DNA of 64,000 nucleotides, taken from the NCBI RefSeq assembly GCF_006345805.1, contig NC_043015.1, positions 8,184,001 to 8,248,000 on the forward strand, given 5' to 3'. Under the pieces are notes generated by a model that was given only the letters and a program-made list of their open reading frames with translations, ran no database searches and had not been told where the DNA came from. The position numbers and the translations under genes are program-made. Of the stretch, positions 1 through 12,789 are shown one piece after another. Source of the stretch: Octopus sinensis. Taxonomy: Eukaryota. Positions within the stretch are counted from its first letter, which is position 1. Every line of letters begins with the position of its first letter.

Positions 1-164
1 TCCTAAGCATCTTTATTTTTGAAGTACCATGCTTGCAGTGTTTCAGAAACAACGTAAATGTCTTCGATTTTACAACCACGATGCTTTGGAAAGCTTGTAC
101 AAGAGTGTGAGAGAAATTAAAGAAACGTTTTATATTCAATATCAATTCTCAATGCTAAGTGATG

Positions 165-335
165 GGCAAAGCGCGTATCTTAGTAGATAGGGTTTTCGGC
201 TCACAATCGTAAGTTCGTGAGTTCGGTTCCCTGCGACGAATTGTCTTTGAGCGAAACACATTATTTTACGTTGTTCCAGTCCATCCATTCAGCTGGCAAA
301 AATTAGTAGTAACTCTATTTCAAAGGGCCAGTTTT
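165..335 (+). mobile_element. Decayed tRNA-derived CORE-type SINE fragment
   Basis: B-box-like gagttcggttcc (~219-230), then ttgtctttgagcgaaacacattattttacgttgttccagtccatccattcagctgg, which is similar to the CORE-like segment at 4905-4960 (gttgtgctcttgggcaagacactttatttcgcgttaatccagttcactcagct). Confidence 0.5.
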
Positions 336-498
336 GTCATACGCTGTGAGGCACTGAATCTCCCTGAGAAATACGTTAAATGTACACGTGTCTGTGGAAT
401 GCTCAGCCACTTGCACGTAAATTTTATGAGCACGATGTTCCGTTGATCGTTCCAGCTGGAACCATAGTCGTCGTAACCGACGGAGTACTCCTATGTAA

Positions 499-574
<76 letters not shown>

Positions 575-1663
575 TTAAGTTAACTGGCTTACATATTCTT
601 AACTCACATTTTTATTTAAACTTAAATAGTCAATCTACTAAATATCGATGATTATAAGTTTTAATTTTCCTATCTTTTTTCCTAACTATATTATCTCCCC
701 TACATTGTTAATCTAAGTGTTACTGCATCTATTAAACATCTGAACGATTTTTTAATAGTTATAGCCACAGCAAGTATTTACTATCTTAATTAGTTGTAAT
801 AATTACAACTAATTTCCTACTTTTTAATTTACACCTCATATTTAATACACATAAACGAATGTTTTGGAGGTCATTTATTCTTACATATGATATTGGTATA
901 ACTTATTAATATGTGGTTATGTGTATTATTGGAAGGATTAGGTTAAATGAAATTTATTTTAATTTTTTATGTTTATTGTTCCTACACTAAAACAACTCCA
1001 TTATATGTAGCTCTTTAAGCATTTCTACTCCTAACTCTTGTTCTCGTTGTTTTCTAGTAGCTTCCTATAAACTACATTCATTAGTTTAATTTCATTCTCA
1101 TGAATATATTTTTTAAATACACATCATACTTAATATTGCTTATAACTGTCAAGTCATATCCTAATTCAAATATATCTATGCTCTTCCACTGGACATTTCA
1201 ATATAACTTTCCTTAATATAATGAAGAAATTAAAAAAAAAAAACATAAAGACAATTATAATCTAGCACTTAAGAAAACAGGATAAATAATATGAAATTAA
1301 GTATAATAAAACAAAAGCATCAATATTAATAGTGACAAAATGTATCTTGATATGAACAACGTAGACAATATTAGTGAACCTAAACCAACCGGTGATTTGT
1401 ACACCCCGACAAACAAACAGAAACTCTCAATAATGGTCATCAACACAAAATTAGCAATAGACAGAAAATCCACAACCACAATAAATGTAGTAACAAACAT
1501 AATCAGTAGGAGCGCCATAACCAAAACTTTACTAAAAGAAAAAAAAATAATATTAACTTTAGCAATTCACGAATCACTAACTACTTTAATAATAATCTAA
1601 ATAAACCCAAGAATACTGACAACAAACATCAAACACATTTAATTATAGATGAAAAATAAAATC

Positions 1664-1873
1664 TACGGAGATTCACTTGCATAGCGAGTGACTTGATCTG
1701 AGATCGTGTGCTGGAACGAAAATGATTGCAGCGTGGAAGGTGTTTATAAGGCATTTAAGAAACACACAAAAACCGTTAGATTCACACCAACATTAAAATT
1801 TAATTTGTCAAAATATATCTTCGTCGCTTTGAGACCGCGACCTGTTCACTGACAAAACTTCGAAGTTTTGTCA
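1664..1873. mobile_element. PLE-associated terminal repeat, copy 1 (same family as 37491-37826)
   Basis: tacggag...gatctgagatcgtgtgctg...gcagcgtggaaggtgtttataag...aaacacacaaa...ctgttcactgacaaa is colinear with 37491-37680. It ends in the 24-bp palindrome tgacaaaacttcgaagttttgtca (1850-1873). Confidence 0.8.
1804..1856 (-). ncRNA. Degenerate hammerhead-like motif, G3:C8 variant
   Basis: Minus strand reads tttgtca GTGAACA g gtcgc ggtctcaaa gcgac GAAG atatat tt tgacaaa. Stem I is 7 bp and stem II a perfect 5 bp, but GAAA is changed to GAAG. Confidence 0.45.
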
Positions 1874-2137
1874 ATAAATATAAAAAATGAAAATAAATCT
1901 CATTTCATCTAATCCTTCCAAAAATACACATAACCACATATTGATAAGTGACACTAATATCATATGTAAGAATAGATGACCTCCAAAACATAATCTATAA
2001 CAAAGAAAACAATAACACTGCTTGGATCATAATAACTATTGCCAAAAATCTAAAATATAATTCTATGATATTCATTAGAAATATAATTAATAAAAACTTT
2101 AAAAATTCCAAATATGCAAAAATATTTAACATTTGTA

Positions 2138-2330
2138 GGCGTAGGAGTGGTTGTGTGGTAAGCAACTTGCTTACCAGTCACAGGGTTCCCGGTTCAGTCA
2201 CACTGCGTGGCACCTTCGGCAAGTGTGTTCTATTATAATCTCGGGACGACCAAACCCTTATGAGTGGATTTGGAAGACGGAAACTGAAAGAAGCCCGTCG
2301 TATATATGTATATATGTATGTGTATATCTG

Positions 2331-2396
<66 letters not shown>

Positions 2397-2683
2397 CATA
2401 TATGCATATATACGACGGGCTTCTTTCAGTTTCCGTCTACCAAATATATATATATATATATATATATAAGTGTGTGTGTATGTTTGTGTGTCTGTTTGTC
2501 CCTCCAACATCGCTCCACAACCGATGTTGGTGTATTTTCTTCCCTGTAACTTAACGGTTCGGCAAAAGAGACCGATAGAATAAGTACTAGGTTTCCAAAG
2601 AATAAGATTTGGGGTCGATTTGCTCGACTATAAAGGTGGTGCTCCAGCATGGCCACAGTCAAATGAATGAAACAAGTAAAAGA
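2138..2683 (+). mobile_element. tRNA-derived SINE family A (head + CORE-like segment + internal microsatellite + conserved tail)
   Basis: Head ggcgtaggagtggttgtgtggtaag...ggttcagtc, CORE-like accttcggcaagtgtgttct, tail ggtgctccagcatggccacagtcaaatgaatgaaacaagtaaaaga. At least 7 homologous copies in the window. Confidence 0.9.
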
Positions 2684-3326
2684 CTAACAAAATCAACTAG
2701 ATTTGGGAATTTCACTCTCTACAAACACTTTCAGGATAAACTCCTAACAATATAAAACTGGACCTATTCTATAATATGAAAAAAAATAGCTTCATCCAAT
2801 ATACCAGGCAATTCCACTAAATCTATAACTAACAACTAGCATTATGATAATAAGCAAAATTCCATTATCCCTAATATATATAGATATAACAACATAGTCC
2901 CACCTAATAATTTAAATTTTAATTCCAGAGACCCTAATACTTGTGAAGCAGATGGAAATTGTAAAATGAAAGAAGTAGTATACCAAGTAAAGATTTATTT
3001 CATTAGCATAAAATGTACCTAATAACCAGCCCTACTTACGTATTCCAATTAATAATGTTTAATGTTACTTGCTAATGTACCTGACATTTAATTATATCTT
3101 ACAGCTGATATATACAAACGCATAAATACTTCTTGGTGTCCAACTTGACTACAACAACTTGCGCATTTCTAGATATCGATCTTCTTTGTCATTGTGTGTG
3201 TATATACATCTTATTCTTATTATCATTATTACTATCGTGTGCTTTTAACCATATGTTATCACTGATATGTATTTTTAATATCAACGTGTGCACATATACG
3301 CATGTCCTCCTCCACACACACATATA

Positions 3327-3475
3327 CATTTGACTGTAGAGCACCGCCTTTAGTCGAGCACCTCGACCCCAGAACTTTGCAAGCCTAGTACTTGTTCTGT
3401 CGGTCTCTTTTGCCGAACCAGCATCCGTTGCCAAGCGATGTTGGGGGTACAAACACAGACACACAAACAAAACAC

Positions 3476-3539
<64 letters not shown>

Positions 3540-3546
3540 ACACACA

Positions 3547-3613
<67 letters not shown>

Positions 3614-3775
3614 GACGGGTTTTTTCAGTTTCCACCTACCGAATCTACTCACAGCGTTTTGGTCGGCCCGAGGCTATAGTAGAAGACACCTGCCCATGAT
3701 GCTATGTAGTGGGACTGAACCCGAAACCACGCGGTTCGTAAGCAAGCAACGTACCACACACCAACTCCTAGGCCT
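3327..3775 (-). mobile_element. SINE family A copy
   Basis: Reverse complement of the same head, body and tail, with an internal (CA)n(TA)n tract. Confidence 0.9.
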
Positions 3776-4079
3776 ATATTTATATTTTTATATAGTAATT
3801 TTTTAATGTGTATGTAATTATAATTATATCTATATCCGTTAGGCTTTTCTCTCTCTCTTTGCACCGGTATGAGTATACTTATTTGTTTATGCACGGTGTT
3901 CTTTCTTTCATGTACACCCTGAAATAAAACTACTTGAAAAACAGCTTGAACTCAGCAAAACAGTCCCAACAGAAAACTTGAACTCTACAAAAAGACTACA
4001 TAATTTCTTCAATAACCAAGGACTATCTATCACTATTGAAAAAGATAAAAACTTGACTTTTGTCTGTACATTCATAACT

Positions 4080-4575
4080 ATTTGGCTGCTAACCTGTATA
4101 ACAATGAATTGGTTTTGTTTCCTGTCCCACAGAACAATATGAGGGCTTTTATATCAGCACCGAATTGATATTTTTGATGGGGTGCTCCACAGTATTCATT
4201 ATTTCTAAAGGGGTGAATACCAGTTTCTTCTGACATACCTTTAATATATAAGACAGGATAGTTTTTCTGTGAATAGCATTGTAAATAAATTTTACATTTA
4301 TATCATGCCTCTGGTGCCGGTAGTAACTCGTAAACATTTCTGAGTAACTGATGATGGAGATGTGTGTGATATCTCCCACACTGGCATAGCAGAGCCGACA
4401 ATTTTTATCACGATGTGGAGATTTGGTGGAATCATTTGTCAATGTTATCGGGTATTTGGTAGGCATCTTCTGTTCCAAGATATCGAATATATATCTTTGT
4501 AAGTTGGATGCAAAGTATCTATCACAGTTCCAGAAAATTCTACTCTTCCTTTCAATGCTTTTGTTGCCATTTAGT
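4080..4575 (-). pseudogene. R4/Dong-like (RLE-type) non-LTR retrotransposon fragment, post-RT zinc-knuckle region
   Basis: The non-microsatellite part of ORF 4149-4691 reads ...FWNCDRYFASNLQRYIFDILEQKMPTKY...NCRLCYASVGDITHISIISYSEMFTSYYRHQRHDINVKFIY, i.e. the CxxC-H-(C)...RHD signature that precedes the RLE domain. Confidence 0.65.
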
Positions 4576-4864
4576 ATCCATAATGTGTGTGTGTGTGCGT
4601 GTGTGTGTACGTGTTTGTGTGTGTGTGTATGTGTGTATTTGTGTATACATATATATCTATGGATTTGTAAATAATAAATTTGGCTTCGCAATTTACAACC
4701 GAAGGTCAGAATTCACAAAAATTACTAACGGAACTAGTTAGCACCAGCATTGCTGAAAGCAAGAATGAAAATAACCGTTTACCAAGAGAAAGCACTTATC
4801 CTAAGACTGACAGTGATTTCGCATTTTATTAATGCTCGTCATTTGCTCTCACCTGGCTGCCTAG

Positions 4865-5150
4865 GGTTACGCTAGTCTATAAGAATACGCAGACTGGGCT
4901 GTGTGTTGTGCTCTTGGGCAAGACACTTTATTTCGCGTTAATCCAGTTCACTCAGCTATGTCACTAGTAACAAGCTGTATTGGCCTTTGATTTTCTCTTA
5001 GATAAGATCAATGGCGTGGAGAATGGAGACTAGTATGCGTGGGCGACTGCTGGTCTTCCATAAACAATTTTGTCTGGATTTGTGCATCGGAGGGTAACTT
5101 CCTAGATGCAATCCCATGGTCATTCAGGACCAATGGAGATCTTTACACTT
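4865..5150 (+). mobile_element. CORE-type SINE, different body (family C)
   Basis: gtgttgtgctcttgggcaagacactttatttcgcg CORE-like segment followed by a body unrelated to family A, ending at a (TA)n tract. Confidence 0.55.
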
Positions 5151-5157
5151 CCCTTTA

Positions 5158-5160
<3 letters not shown>

Positions 5161-5223
<63 letters not shown>

Positions 5224-5235
5224 TATAAATAGATG

Positions 5236-5318
<83 letters not shown>

Positions 5319-5331
5319 GAATAGATAGATA
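5161..5331. repeat. Compound microsatellite (TA)n(GA)n(TAGA)n
   Basis: Direct reading. Confidence 0.95.
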
Positions 5332-6347
5332 TCTAATTCTAGACTGAGTTTGTTCTAGATAATAAGTCTAGCTAACCTGCAAAAGTTTCCCCAAGAGAAG
5401 AATGAGCTAATATAATGGAGAAATTGAAACCAGAATATAATCACATTAATGTGGTGCACACATGAGATAATATTCAGTATAAGATGAAGAAAATATAGAT
5501 AAATAAAACACGGATCTAGAAATCATTACTGTTATAGTTTTAGTAGATTTCATTCATAAAATAACCTAATGGATATGCAGTAATATTGTTCCTAATAGAA
5601 CATCCACTTGGTGAAATCACTTTCTAATGTAGAATATTCTAAGACGGTTTCGCTAAGCAAAATTATATATTGCTCCGAAACCATTTAATAGATTAAATAA
5701 CTTTGCAAACATCGAGATATTTAATCCATTAGATCAAATCAAATGTATTGTATGTCGGCTACATGATTCATCCCAACGGAAAATCTGAAATCAGCGTCTA
5801 CCATGATATAATTAAAATTCAGACAAGTCACGAACAGCAAACGTAGGTTAACTAACAAATATGAAAGTTCATAGTAGAGTTCCATATGTTTAAATGGCGT
5901 GAGGAATCTAAAGTTTCGGAGACTTGCTCTTTGTAAGCTAATGTAGATAATGAATGTGGTTATGTCGTTTTGAGGAGTTGGGACAGAGATGTAGTTGGAG
6001 AGAAAGGAAGATGTGAGCTTGATACACAATGTGAAAGAGGGAGAAAGAGAGGAAGTAAGAGAGAGGGGGAGGGGAGAGATAGATAGAAAGATAGATAGAT
6101 AGACAGAGAGAGGGGGAGAGAGTTAGGTTCAGGAGTTTCAGGAATTTGTGATGAGCGATGAAATACGAGGAGAAAAGTCAGCATTAATGACGGTAGTTAC
6201 AAATCCTAAGCCTTCAAAAAATTGAAAAGGGTAAAGTTAGCCTTTAAGAAAGATGAAATAAAGGAGAGAAACATCAGATAGTCTGAATTGCAGGAAATAG
6301 GAGTAGCAGATAAAATATAACGATTTGAATATTAAAGCAGCAAAAAA

Positions 6348-6560
6348 GGGGTTAGCTGGCAGGATCGTTAGCATGCCGGCCGAAATGCTTAGGCACTTTT
6401 CGTCAATCTTTACGTTCTGAGTTCAAATTCAGCCGATGTTGACCTTGCTTTTCCCCATTTCGGGGTTGATAAAATAATTACCAGTTGAACACTTGTTTCG
6501 AAGTAATCGACTTACCCTCTCTCCCGAAATTGCTGGCCTAGTGCTAAAATTCGAAATCGG
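6348..6560 (+). mobile_element. Diverged SINE family B copy
   Basis: ttagctggcaggatcgttagcatgccggccgaaatgcttagg...gagttcaaattcagccgatgttgaccttgcttttcc, homologous to 12494-12726. Confidence 0.8.
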
Positions 6561-6623
6561 TATTCAGGCAGCAATAGAATCCTAATAATTTAGAATGGTC
6601 TGTAAATTTGAAGAGATGAAGCA

Positions 6624-6681
6624 TTATAATTCTATGTGCCGCCAATATATATATGCATATTGGCGGCACATAGAATTATAA
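6624..6681. repeat. Perfect hairpin, 25-bp arms with 8-nt loop
   Basis: ttataattctatgtgccgccaatat [atatatgc] atattggcggcacatagaattataa. Confidence 0.95.
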
Positions 6682-7629
6682 GAAGAATTATTAGAATTAT
6701 AAGAATTATTACTCTATAAGAAGAGTAAATATGACGGCTAATATACATCAAACTACCTACGCTTATTACCACAACTACCGAATATTTCTGTAGCAAAATT
6801 CGTATTCTTAACCGTGCAATATATAAACATATTATTCTAAAAGAAATGTCTATTACATATGCTATAGAACTCTGTTGTATGTTCAGTTATTTCGGAAACA
6901 CATGAGGTACTCGGTGGTTGTCTTAGTTACTGCTGGTGAGCACTCGTTGAGTATATCTATAAATGTAGGTCTACAGTCGTTAGCATCTCGTATTTCTGTC
7001 AATCTCAGAGCAAATAAATGGATGTTATCCAATATTTTTATTACTTCTCGGAAGTTACATTCTTACATACTAAATATATAGCAATATATTCTAATAAGAC
7101 ACGGTGATACAGCTGAAAAGGAACCCTTGCTGTTTTATATAATTAATGTGCATGGAACGTTCAAACCATGGGATAATATTAAAGTATTTTCTCGTGTATA
7201 CAAAGGAATTTGAAATTTATGAAAACATTGAAAATATTAAAATTTCTTTTCATGAATCTGCTTTAATTCTTGATCGTTTTCAGTTTGTGTATATATATAT
7301 ATGTTTGTGATTGCGTGTATCTGTGTGTGAGATATGTATGTGTGTGTTTTTCCAAAGTTTGTTTTTTCATAAGTGAACCATATGTATAATTTCACTTCCT
7401 CGGAGCTTCCAAACTGAAGTGTAAATTAACTTGGAAAATAATGTACAAATATAGAAAAGATCACTTCACGTTGGAAGTGTTTGATGCACAAACACTTAGC
7501 GCACTGCAACTGATAGCAGAAACGATTGTGACCTAATGAAGTACATTGCATAATTTCGTGTTCTTCTATTTATTGAATTAAACAAACACACATACATACA
7601 CACACACAGACACTCACAGACACACACAA

Positions 7630-7992
7630 ACCAGGACAGGCAGAGGGATTAAGTCGATCACATTGACACCAGTGCGACCTGATACTTTATTTATCGACCC
7701 CGAAAGGCTAAGTCGATCTCGGCGGAATTTGAACTCAGAACCTAACGACAGACGAAATACCTATTTCTTTACTACTCACAAGGGGCTAGACACAGAGAAA
7801 ACAAACAAGGACAAACAAACGGATTAAGTCGATTATATCGACCCCAATGCGTAACTAGTACCTATTTAATCGACCCCGAAAGGATGAAAGGCAAGGTTGA
7901 CCTCGGCGGAATTTGAACTCAAAACATAACCTCAGACGAAATACCGCTAAGAATTTCTTCCGGCGTGCTAACTTTTCTATCAGCTCGCCGTC
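7630..7992 (-). mobile_element. SINE family B with duplicated body (one head, two bodies)
   Basis: Two ~184-bp repeats containing atcgaccccgaaagg...cggcggaatttgaactca, joined at gaaatacctatttctttactac, then a single head ending cagctcgccgtc. Confidence 0.9.
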
Positions 7993-9122
7993 TTCATAAG
8001 GTTTATGTATATGTATATATGCATGTGTGTGTCAATGTATCTGTGTATGCGTACTTTTTCTTTGCGCTTCTAATTCTTTATATGTTTTAGTGGTTGGACA
8101 GCGGTAAGTTTAGTCGCTGGCGTTGTATCTCAAACGTACCCTGAATTTATATTAAGACTTGTAATTATTCGACTGCCACACAAGCCAACTGAGTGTGCGA
8201 TGTGAGGTGAACAAAAACAAACAGAGAATATCGCAGGCAAAACCCGTCACGACAACCACCACAGAGCATGTAAAAGCGTCAGTCGGACAGAAGCTTAAAC
8301 AGGAGAATTGTCCAACGTATCGCATAGTGTGACTGAAACTGAAACCATATTGTTTCACAAAGAATTCATTAAAACCAACACCACGCCTGCCTGAACGTAT
8401 AAAAATTGAATATAACTAATATACACATAATCATAGGCGCGTGTTTCTACGTACATACATGATTTCAGACAAAGAAATGCAGAAAGATTTCAGTACATGT
8501 AGTAGAAATTAAGCCATATTTATCCATATAGATAGATATTTCCAATAGAAGAAATGTATTAAATAAAGATCTATATTGATATACAATAAATGCAGAGACT
8601 GAGGAAGTCAAAGTTACTTAGCTTTACAGTAACAAATACGAAAATCAACTAATATTACATTTAAATATTAGTAATTATATACATGGAATGATAACTGCTC
8701 CTGAGGTTCAGACGTATGCTTACATACAAGTTTCCATCAAGTATACTATTAAGAATGGATTTCCAATATTTAGAATATATTGATTAGGAATAAAAACAAA
8801 ATTCAATCGAAGGAAAATGTTTGTTCAAATTTCTGAACATTAATAATGAGACATATCAGAAGTTGAAGCGTATGGAGTTTGGGAGGAGGAAATATACATA
8901 AACTAAAGTGATATTTGTTAAATGCAGACAACATATACGAACCCGCAAGCACACACATATAGACACCATTATATATAACCATTTGCATATTAATACATAT
9001 ATATATACATGTATGTGTGCGCTTGTACGTGTGTTTGCGTGGAGTGTGTGTCTGAGTGTGTGAGTATCTGTATACGGACACACGCAAGTATATTCAGACA
9101 TAGCTACATGTATATATATATA

Positions 9123-9653
9123 TGTGTGTGTGTGTGTGTTCATGTGTGCGGTGTGTTCATGTTTGTCTGTATGCGAGCGTGTCTGTGTCTATGTGTGTGT
9201 GTGTGTGTATGTGTTTCTGTGTGTCTGTTAGTGCGTATGCTAGATTTCCTTTTATTTGTATATGTATATATATATATGCATAGGTCTCTGTACCAACTCT
9301 CACAATAAATAAATGTAAAATACCGAAATAATTGCTCAGAATATCGGTAGAATGTCGCAGAATTTACTTAATATATATAATAAACACACAGACATGAACA
9401 TTCCCAAACATTCTTCTTATTCTCATGCTTTTCTACTTCTATCGTTACTTCCGATGTTGTTCTTGTTTTTGCTCTTCTTATTTTCCTAATTTTTGGTCCT
9501 TCTTTTCGTCATTCTCCCACTTTAGATTGTTCCTTATTTTCCTACGCTTTTAAAAAACTTTCCTACCTTATTTAAATCAGTCCCACTTGATTATACTTTA
9601 TTTCCTACATCCGTGTGTAAACGGTCGTCTTTGTATATTCTGTATTCGAATCA

Positions 9654-9726
<73 letters not shown>

Positions 9727-9818
9727 TTTATATATTAATATATATATTAATATATATATATATTCATAAATATGTTATATATATATATATTCATATATAT
9801 ATATATATATATATATTC

Positions 9819-9850
<32 letters not shown>

Positions 9851-10413
9851 CATTCACACATATATATATATATATATATATTGTGTGTGTGTGTGTGTTC
9901 ATGTGTGCGGTGTGTGTTCATGTTTGTCTGTATGCGAGCGTGTCTGTGTCTATGTGTGTGTGTGTGTGTATGTGTTTCTGTGTGTCTGTTAGTGCGTATG
10001 CTAGATTTCCTTTTATTTGTATATGTATATATATATATGCATAGTCTCTGTACCAACTCTCACAATAAATAAATGTAAAATACCGAAATAATTGCTCAGA
10101 ATATCGGTAGAATGTCGCAGAATTTACTTAATATATATAATAAACACACAGACATGAACATTCCCAAACATTCTTCTTATTCTCATGCTTTTCTACTTCT
10201 ATCGTTACTTCCGATGTTGTTCTTGTTTTTGCTCTTCTTATTTTCCTAATTTTTGGTCCTTCTTTTCGTCATTCTCCCACTTTAGATTGTTCCTTATTTT
10301 CCTACGCTTTTAAAAAACTTTCCTACCTTATTTAAATCAGTCCCACTTGATTATACTTTATTTCCTACATCCGTGTGTAAACGGTCGTCTTTGTATATTC
10401 TGTATTCGAATCA

Positions 10414-10484
<71 letters not shown>

Positions 10485-10615
10485 TTTATATATTAATATA
10501 TATATTAATATATATATATATTCATAAATATGTTATATATATATATATATTCATATATATATATATATATATATTCATATATAATATATATATATATATA
10601 TATATACATTCACAC

Positions 10616-10640
<25 letters not shown>
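9123..10640. repeat. Tandem duplication with 760-bp period
   Basis: taccgaaata at 9321 and 10081 and ccgtgtgtaa at 9611 and 10371. The unique parts are identical except for small indels. Confidence 0.95.
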
Positions 10641-10668
<28 letters not shown>

Positions 10669-11318
10669 TATATGTATGTATATGTATATAAATATTACAT
10701 CTAAATTCATTTTTACTTTGATTTTATTACTCGATGTATTATTCCAATGGCAAAGTTACAATTTTCTCTTTGCTCTCAACGTTTTTAAAGAGTGGTGAGT
10801 TAGTGAATATATGAATCGATAATATAGTGTGAGTATATATATATATATATATATGAATGTGTGTGTTTCGTTAAAGCTCCAACGTTGTTTATTATATAAA
10901 TATTATTAATGAGAAATCAGTCTCCACCAAATAGTTTGTCATCCTAGCTGTTTTCCGAGTGCTATTGTTAAAGAAAAAGTTAGCTCTCTGCAAACTGGCA
11001 TATATTTGAAGTCTATTAAATCAATTCAGTACTTGACTAGTATCGTACTTTGCCGACCCCATAGAGATTTAAGTGCATTTTAGAATTTTTATTAAAAATG
11101 CGAATCATGGTCTTTTCCCGAAAACAAGTCTTTACTTCAAATATTACTAAATTAATATACAGACACAACAAGCATTTAGTTTCTAAAGATATCTTACTTT
11201 GCAAAGTTAACAAACGTGCTGGCGTTTACTCCTCCAAAGTTAAGCTGTTACAATCAGTACCAACTATGAATAACAAATATAATTTCATTTCTAAATTCCT
11301 TATATACTCTTTTTACTA

Positions 11319-11530
11319 TTTTACTTGTTTCATTCATTTGAATGTGGCCATGCTGGACCATCACCTTTAGGCGAGCAAATCGACTCCGGGACTTAATATT
11401 TGTAAGCCTAGTACGTATTATATCGGTCTCCTTTGCCGAACCGCTTGGTTACGGGGACGTGAACAAACCAGCATCGGTTGTCAAGCGATGTTGGCAGGAC
11501 AAACACAGACATACAAACATATACACACGC

Positions 11531-11574
<44 letters not shown>

Positions 11575-11647
11575 GACGGGCTTCTTTCAGTTTCCATCTA
11601 CCGATGGCTTTGGTCGGCCCGAGGCTATAGTAGAAGACACTTGCCCG
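11319..11647 (-). mobile_element. SINE family A copy lacking its tRNA head
   Basis: Tail, microsatellite and CORE-like segment are present. Homology stops after gaagacacttgccc. Confidence 0.85.
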
Positions 11648-12493
11648 AATTTAATATATTTTTTTTAATAAGGGCATAACTTTAGAATTAACTCGGAAAG
11701 TCGCATGTGACAGACAGGAACTCTTTTATATGAATGAACCAATATATGTATAAAAGACACTGACAAAGGATCTTCTTGACCCATACATGTTAAAGTTATC
11801 CTCGGGTTTTCAAAAGTATTTATACCTATTTCAAAAATTAACAGCCTGTTTATATCCTGACAGAGGGTCATCATATCTTGTACATTATTTACTCATCTTA
11901 TAAAAATCTTATAAACATCTTATATCAATTGCACAAAGATTCTGATATCACAGTTTGAACGTTTCATTAATTTAACATTCAATTTTAATTCAACTATTAA
12001 TGCTAATCCTCTTTATGTAAATATACCAGCATCCTTCTTCGACAAATTACACTTATACCATATCTGCTTTAATTTTATATAACATATTGCAGTATATATA
12101 TTTCCATTAACTAATTTTATTATTTGAACCATTATTAATTCGTCGCTATTTGTATTTACTTTTGTATGCTTCATATATTATAAATAATTATTTATGCACA
12201 AATTCATGCCGATATTTTTTTCACATGAAGACTCATATTTATAAGCATAACACTGTGCTTTTTTATGAATGTATAGATTGTATCAATTCTTTTATTCATT
12301 TATTATTTTGTTGGTTCCAGTCAATGGACTGTGGCCACGCTGGAGTACCGCTTTATTTCTATTTCATTATTTTCTATATATTACTAGATTTTTCTGTTTT
12401 TTTTAGTTTTTCTCGCTGGACGTTGATCTAAAGCTTAGTTAGCCGGAGCTGACCTTCTTTGAAGGTGACGTTGTGTGATATTTTGGTTACGGA

Positions 12494-12726
12494 AAGGCGG
12501 CGAGCTGGCAGAAACTTTAGCACACCGGGCGGAATGCTTAGCGGCATTTCGTCTGCCGTTTCGTTCTGAGTTCAAATTCTGTCGGGGTCGACTTTGCCTT
12601 TCATCCATTCGGGGTCGATAAATTAAGTACCAGTTACGTACTGGGGTCGATGTAATTGATTTAATTCGTGTGTCTGTCCTTGTTTGTCCTCTTTGTGTTT
12701 AGCCCCTTGTGGGTAGTAAATAAATA
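12494..12726 (+). mobile_element. Full-length SINE family B (tRNA-derived; central domain resembles the Meta/Sauria-type SINE domain) with 17-bp TSD
   Basis: Head ggcggcgagctggcagaa, B-box gagttcaaattc, domain gtcgactttgcctttcatccattcggggtcgataaattaagtacc. Perfect flanking direct repeat gatattttggttacgga at 12477-12493 and 12727-12743. Confidence 0.95.
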
Positions 12727-12789
12727 GATATTTTGGTTACGGATTCATCCAATGATATCTGTATATTTTATTAAAAGGCCTTTTTTAGG

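Larger units (their letters stand above)
859..1991. repeat. Diverged ~120-bp inverted repeat pair (859-978 and 1872-1991)
   Basis: atgttttggaggtcatttattcttacatatgatattgg... at 859 is the reverse complement, with scattered substitutions, of ...atatcatatgtaagaatagatgacctccaaaacat ending at 1991. Confidence 0.85.
1140..3030 (+). mobile_element. Degraded Penelope-like retroelement (RT thumb to start of GIY-YIG region), interrupted by two insertions
   Basis: Broken frames give NEEI..KHKDNYNLALKKTG (~1220-1285), AKNLKYNSMIFIRNIINKNFKNSKYAKIFN (2041-2130), NIKL.YS..MKKIAS (~2750-2795) and CEADGNCKMKEVVYQVKI (~2941-2995), matching the PLE order of motifs. Many stops and frameshifts. Confidence 0.6.

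Noticed and set aside
1297-1524. Hydrophobic 75-aa ORF resembling a mitochondrial membrane protein (NUMT)
   Set aside because: It has no ND4L/ND6 motifs. It is the antisense of an A-rich stretch inside the PLE fragment.
8091-8103. 13-nt microexon candidate (ctaat branch, ttttag, gtaagt)
   Set aside because: The length is not a multiple of 3, there is no supporting neighbour exon, and such motifs are expected by chance in 64 kb. Only RNA-seq could revive it.
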